DNA of 35,093 bases from a virus (taxonomy: Duplodnaviria > Caudoviricetes). Positions within the stretch are counted from its first letter, which is position 1. Every line of letters begins with the position of its first letter. Below the pieces are notes generated by a model. That model was not told where the DNA came from. It was given only the letters and a program-made list of their open reading frames with translations, and did no database searches. Location of the stretch: positions 1 to 35,093 of IMG/VR virus record IMGVR_UViG_3300038318_000178; one strand, written 5' to 3'. This document shows positions 34,182-35,093 of the stretch, piece after piece. The translations under genes and the position numbers were made by a program.

Positions 34182-34646
34182 ATGAAGAAGGACGTTACAA
34201 GAGATTACACAACGGAGGTATTCCGGACATATGCGGCGGCGGGTGCGCCTTCATATGCGGCGGCGCGAATGTCCGTATACGAAACAGAGCTTTTGAAGCG
34301 GCGGGAACTCGAACCTTCGTTAGCAATAGAACAAGCCGAAATCGCTACAGAAAAGCAAACGCCATACTTACTTGACATCATGGCAGCACACAAAACCTTT
34401 GAACTGTTAGAACGCGGCGGCAAGGCGCATATTATAGCAGCAGTAAAGGCAGTATATTTTGTTTGTCCGCGACAGCCATTGCGCAGAGGGGACACAACCG
34501 AGCGGGTACGACGCTTTGCCGTTGCGTGTCCCACAGACGAACGCACGGTTTACAGGTGGCTGAAAGAAGCCCGGTTGTTGTGCGCCGCTATTCGGGGGCT
34601 ACGAATAACAGAAGCGGACATGGGTAAATATCTCATTGCCCTATAA
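34182..34646 (+). CDS. Putative late transcriptional regulator (RinA/ArpU/Q-like position)
   Basis: Last early gene; C-terminal HTH-like ERTVYRWLKEAR. Start reassigned to ATG 34182. Confidence 0.6.
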   Translation: MKKDVTRDYTTEVFRTYAAAGAPSYAAARMSVYETELLKRRELEPSLAIEQAEIATEKQTPYLLDIMAAHKTFELLERGGKAHIIAAVKAVYFVCPRQPLRRGDTTERVRRFAVACPTDERTVYRWLKEARLLCAAIRGLRITEADMGKYLIAL

Positions 34647-34647
34647 G

Positions 34648-34681
34648 TTGTCAGTAGTGGGGTATGTTTATATGCTATGCT
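34648..34681 (+). promoter_or_regulatory. Putative late promoter
   Basis: TTGTCA-N17-TATGCT (34671-34676), with a second TG-C-TATGCT at 34673-34681. Confidence 0.5.
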
Positions 34682-34701
34682 GTATACGATGAAGAATTAT
34701 G

Positions 34702-34738
34702 AAAGAGCTGTAGGCGTTGCCTATGGCTCTTTTGTTTG
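34702..34738 (+). terminator. Intrinsic terminator-like hairpin in the late leader
   Basis: AAAGAGCTGTAGGC-GTT-GCCTATGGCTCTTT (G-U pairs favour the plus strand), ending in TTTTGTTT. Confidence 0.65.
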
Positions 34739-34779
34739 TGGGGTAACACGCCACAGAAAGAGCGCAAGGGGTGGGAGCG

Positions 34780-35082
34780 GTGGCGAAAGATTTTGCGAAA
34801 GGGTTCTACCTTTCGAATGCGTGGCAGAGAACGCGCACAGCGTATTATAAATTCCGTTGCGGTATTTGTGAACGCTGCAAAGGGGCCGGCGACATAGTAC
34901 ATCACAAGACATACATTACGCCGCGCAATATAAACAATCCGCGAATTACTCTTGACTTCGCGAACCTTGAATTACTTTGTCAGGATTGCCACAACAAAGA
35001 GCATTTTAAAAAAACAAACAAGCGGTACGCATTCGACGCAAACGGAAAGGTCATACCCCCCGTCCCCCGCGAAAACCGTTAG
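34780..35082 (+). CDS. HNH endonuclease (terminase-associated, HK97 gp74-like)
   Basis: FY.S.AW, CERC, VHHK, NLELLCQDCHNKEH; precedes terS on the circular map. Confidence 0.92.
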   Translation: MAKDFAKGFYLSNAWQRTRTAYYKFRCGICERCKGAGDIVHHKTYITPRNINNPRITLDFANLELLCQDCHNKEHFKKTNKRYAFDANGKVIPPVPRENR

Positions 35083-35093
35083 CCGAGGGAAAC

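Larger units (their letters stand above)
1..35093. mobile_element. Near-complete temperate siphophage genome (HK97-type head, long non-contractile tail, serine integrase)
   Basis: All phage modules are present in canonical order and no host genes are visible. The window starts just before terS and ends just after HNH. Confidence 0.95.

Overview
The window looks like an essentially complete ~35 kb temperate cos-type siphophage genome, probably from a Clostridia-like Firmicutes host (inferred from gene families and sigmaA-type promoters). It runs from terS at the left end to an HNH gene at the right end. Order: packaging/head (83-6901), tail (6907-17682), DGR cassette (VR 17554-17668, TR 17729-17843, RT 17958-19028), lysis (19492-21562), leftward lysogeny module with a large serine recombinase, two membrane proteins and a repressor (21592-24660), then the early operon (cro, PAPS-reductase-family protein, N6A and C5 methyltransferases, SLT transglycosylase, HUH-type Rep, VRR-NUC), a late regulator and HNH. 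Highlights: (1) a compact DGR with no recognisable Avd, targeting a BppU-type receptor-binding protein, with 16/16 VR-TR mismatches at TR adenines; (2) an unexplained exact 25-bp match between the tail-chaperone frameshift hairpin (7809-7833) and a minus-strand lysogeny gene (24080-24104), so the two mRNAs are complementary; (3) a plasmid-like antisense sRNA upstream of a rolling-circle-type Rep; (4) a putative attP inside the integrase 3' end; (5) an A10 tract fusing an Ig-like domain to the capsid protein; (6) a nested out-of-frame beta subunit in the C5 methyltransferase. All calls were made by eye without database searches.
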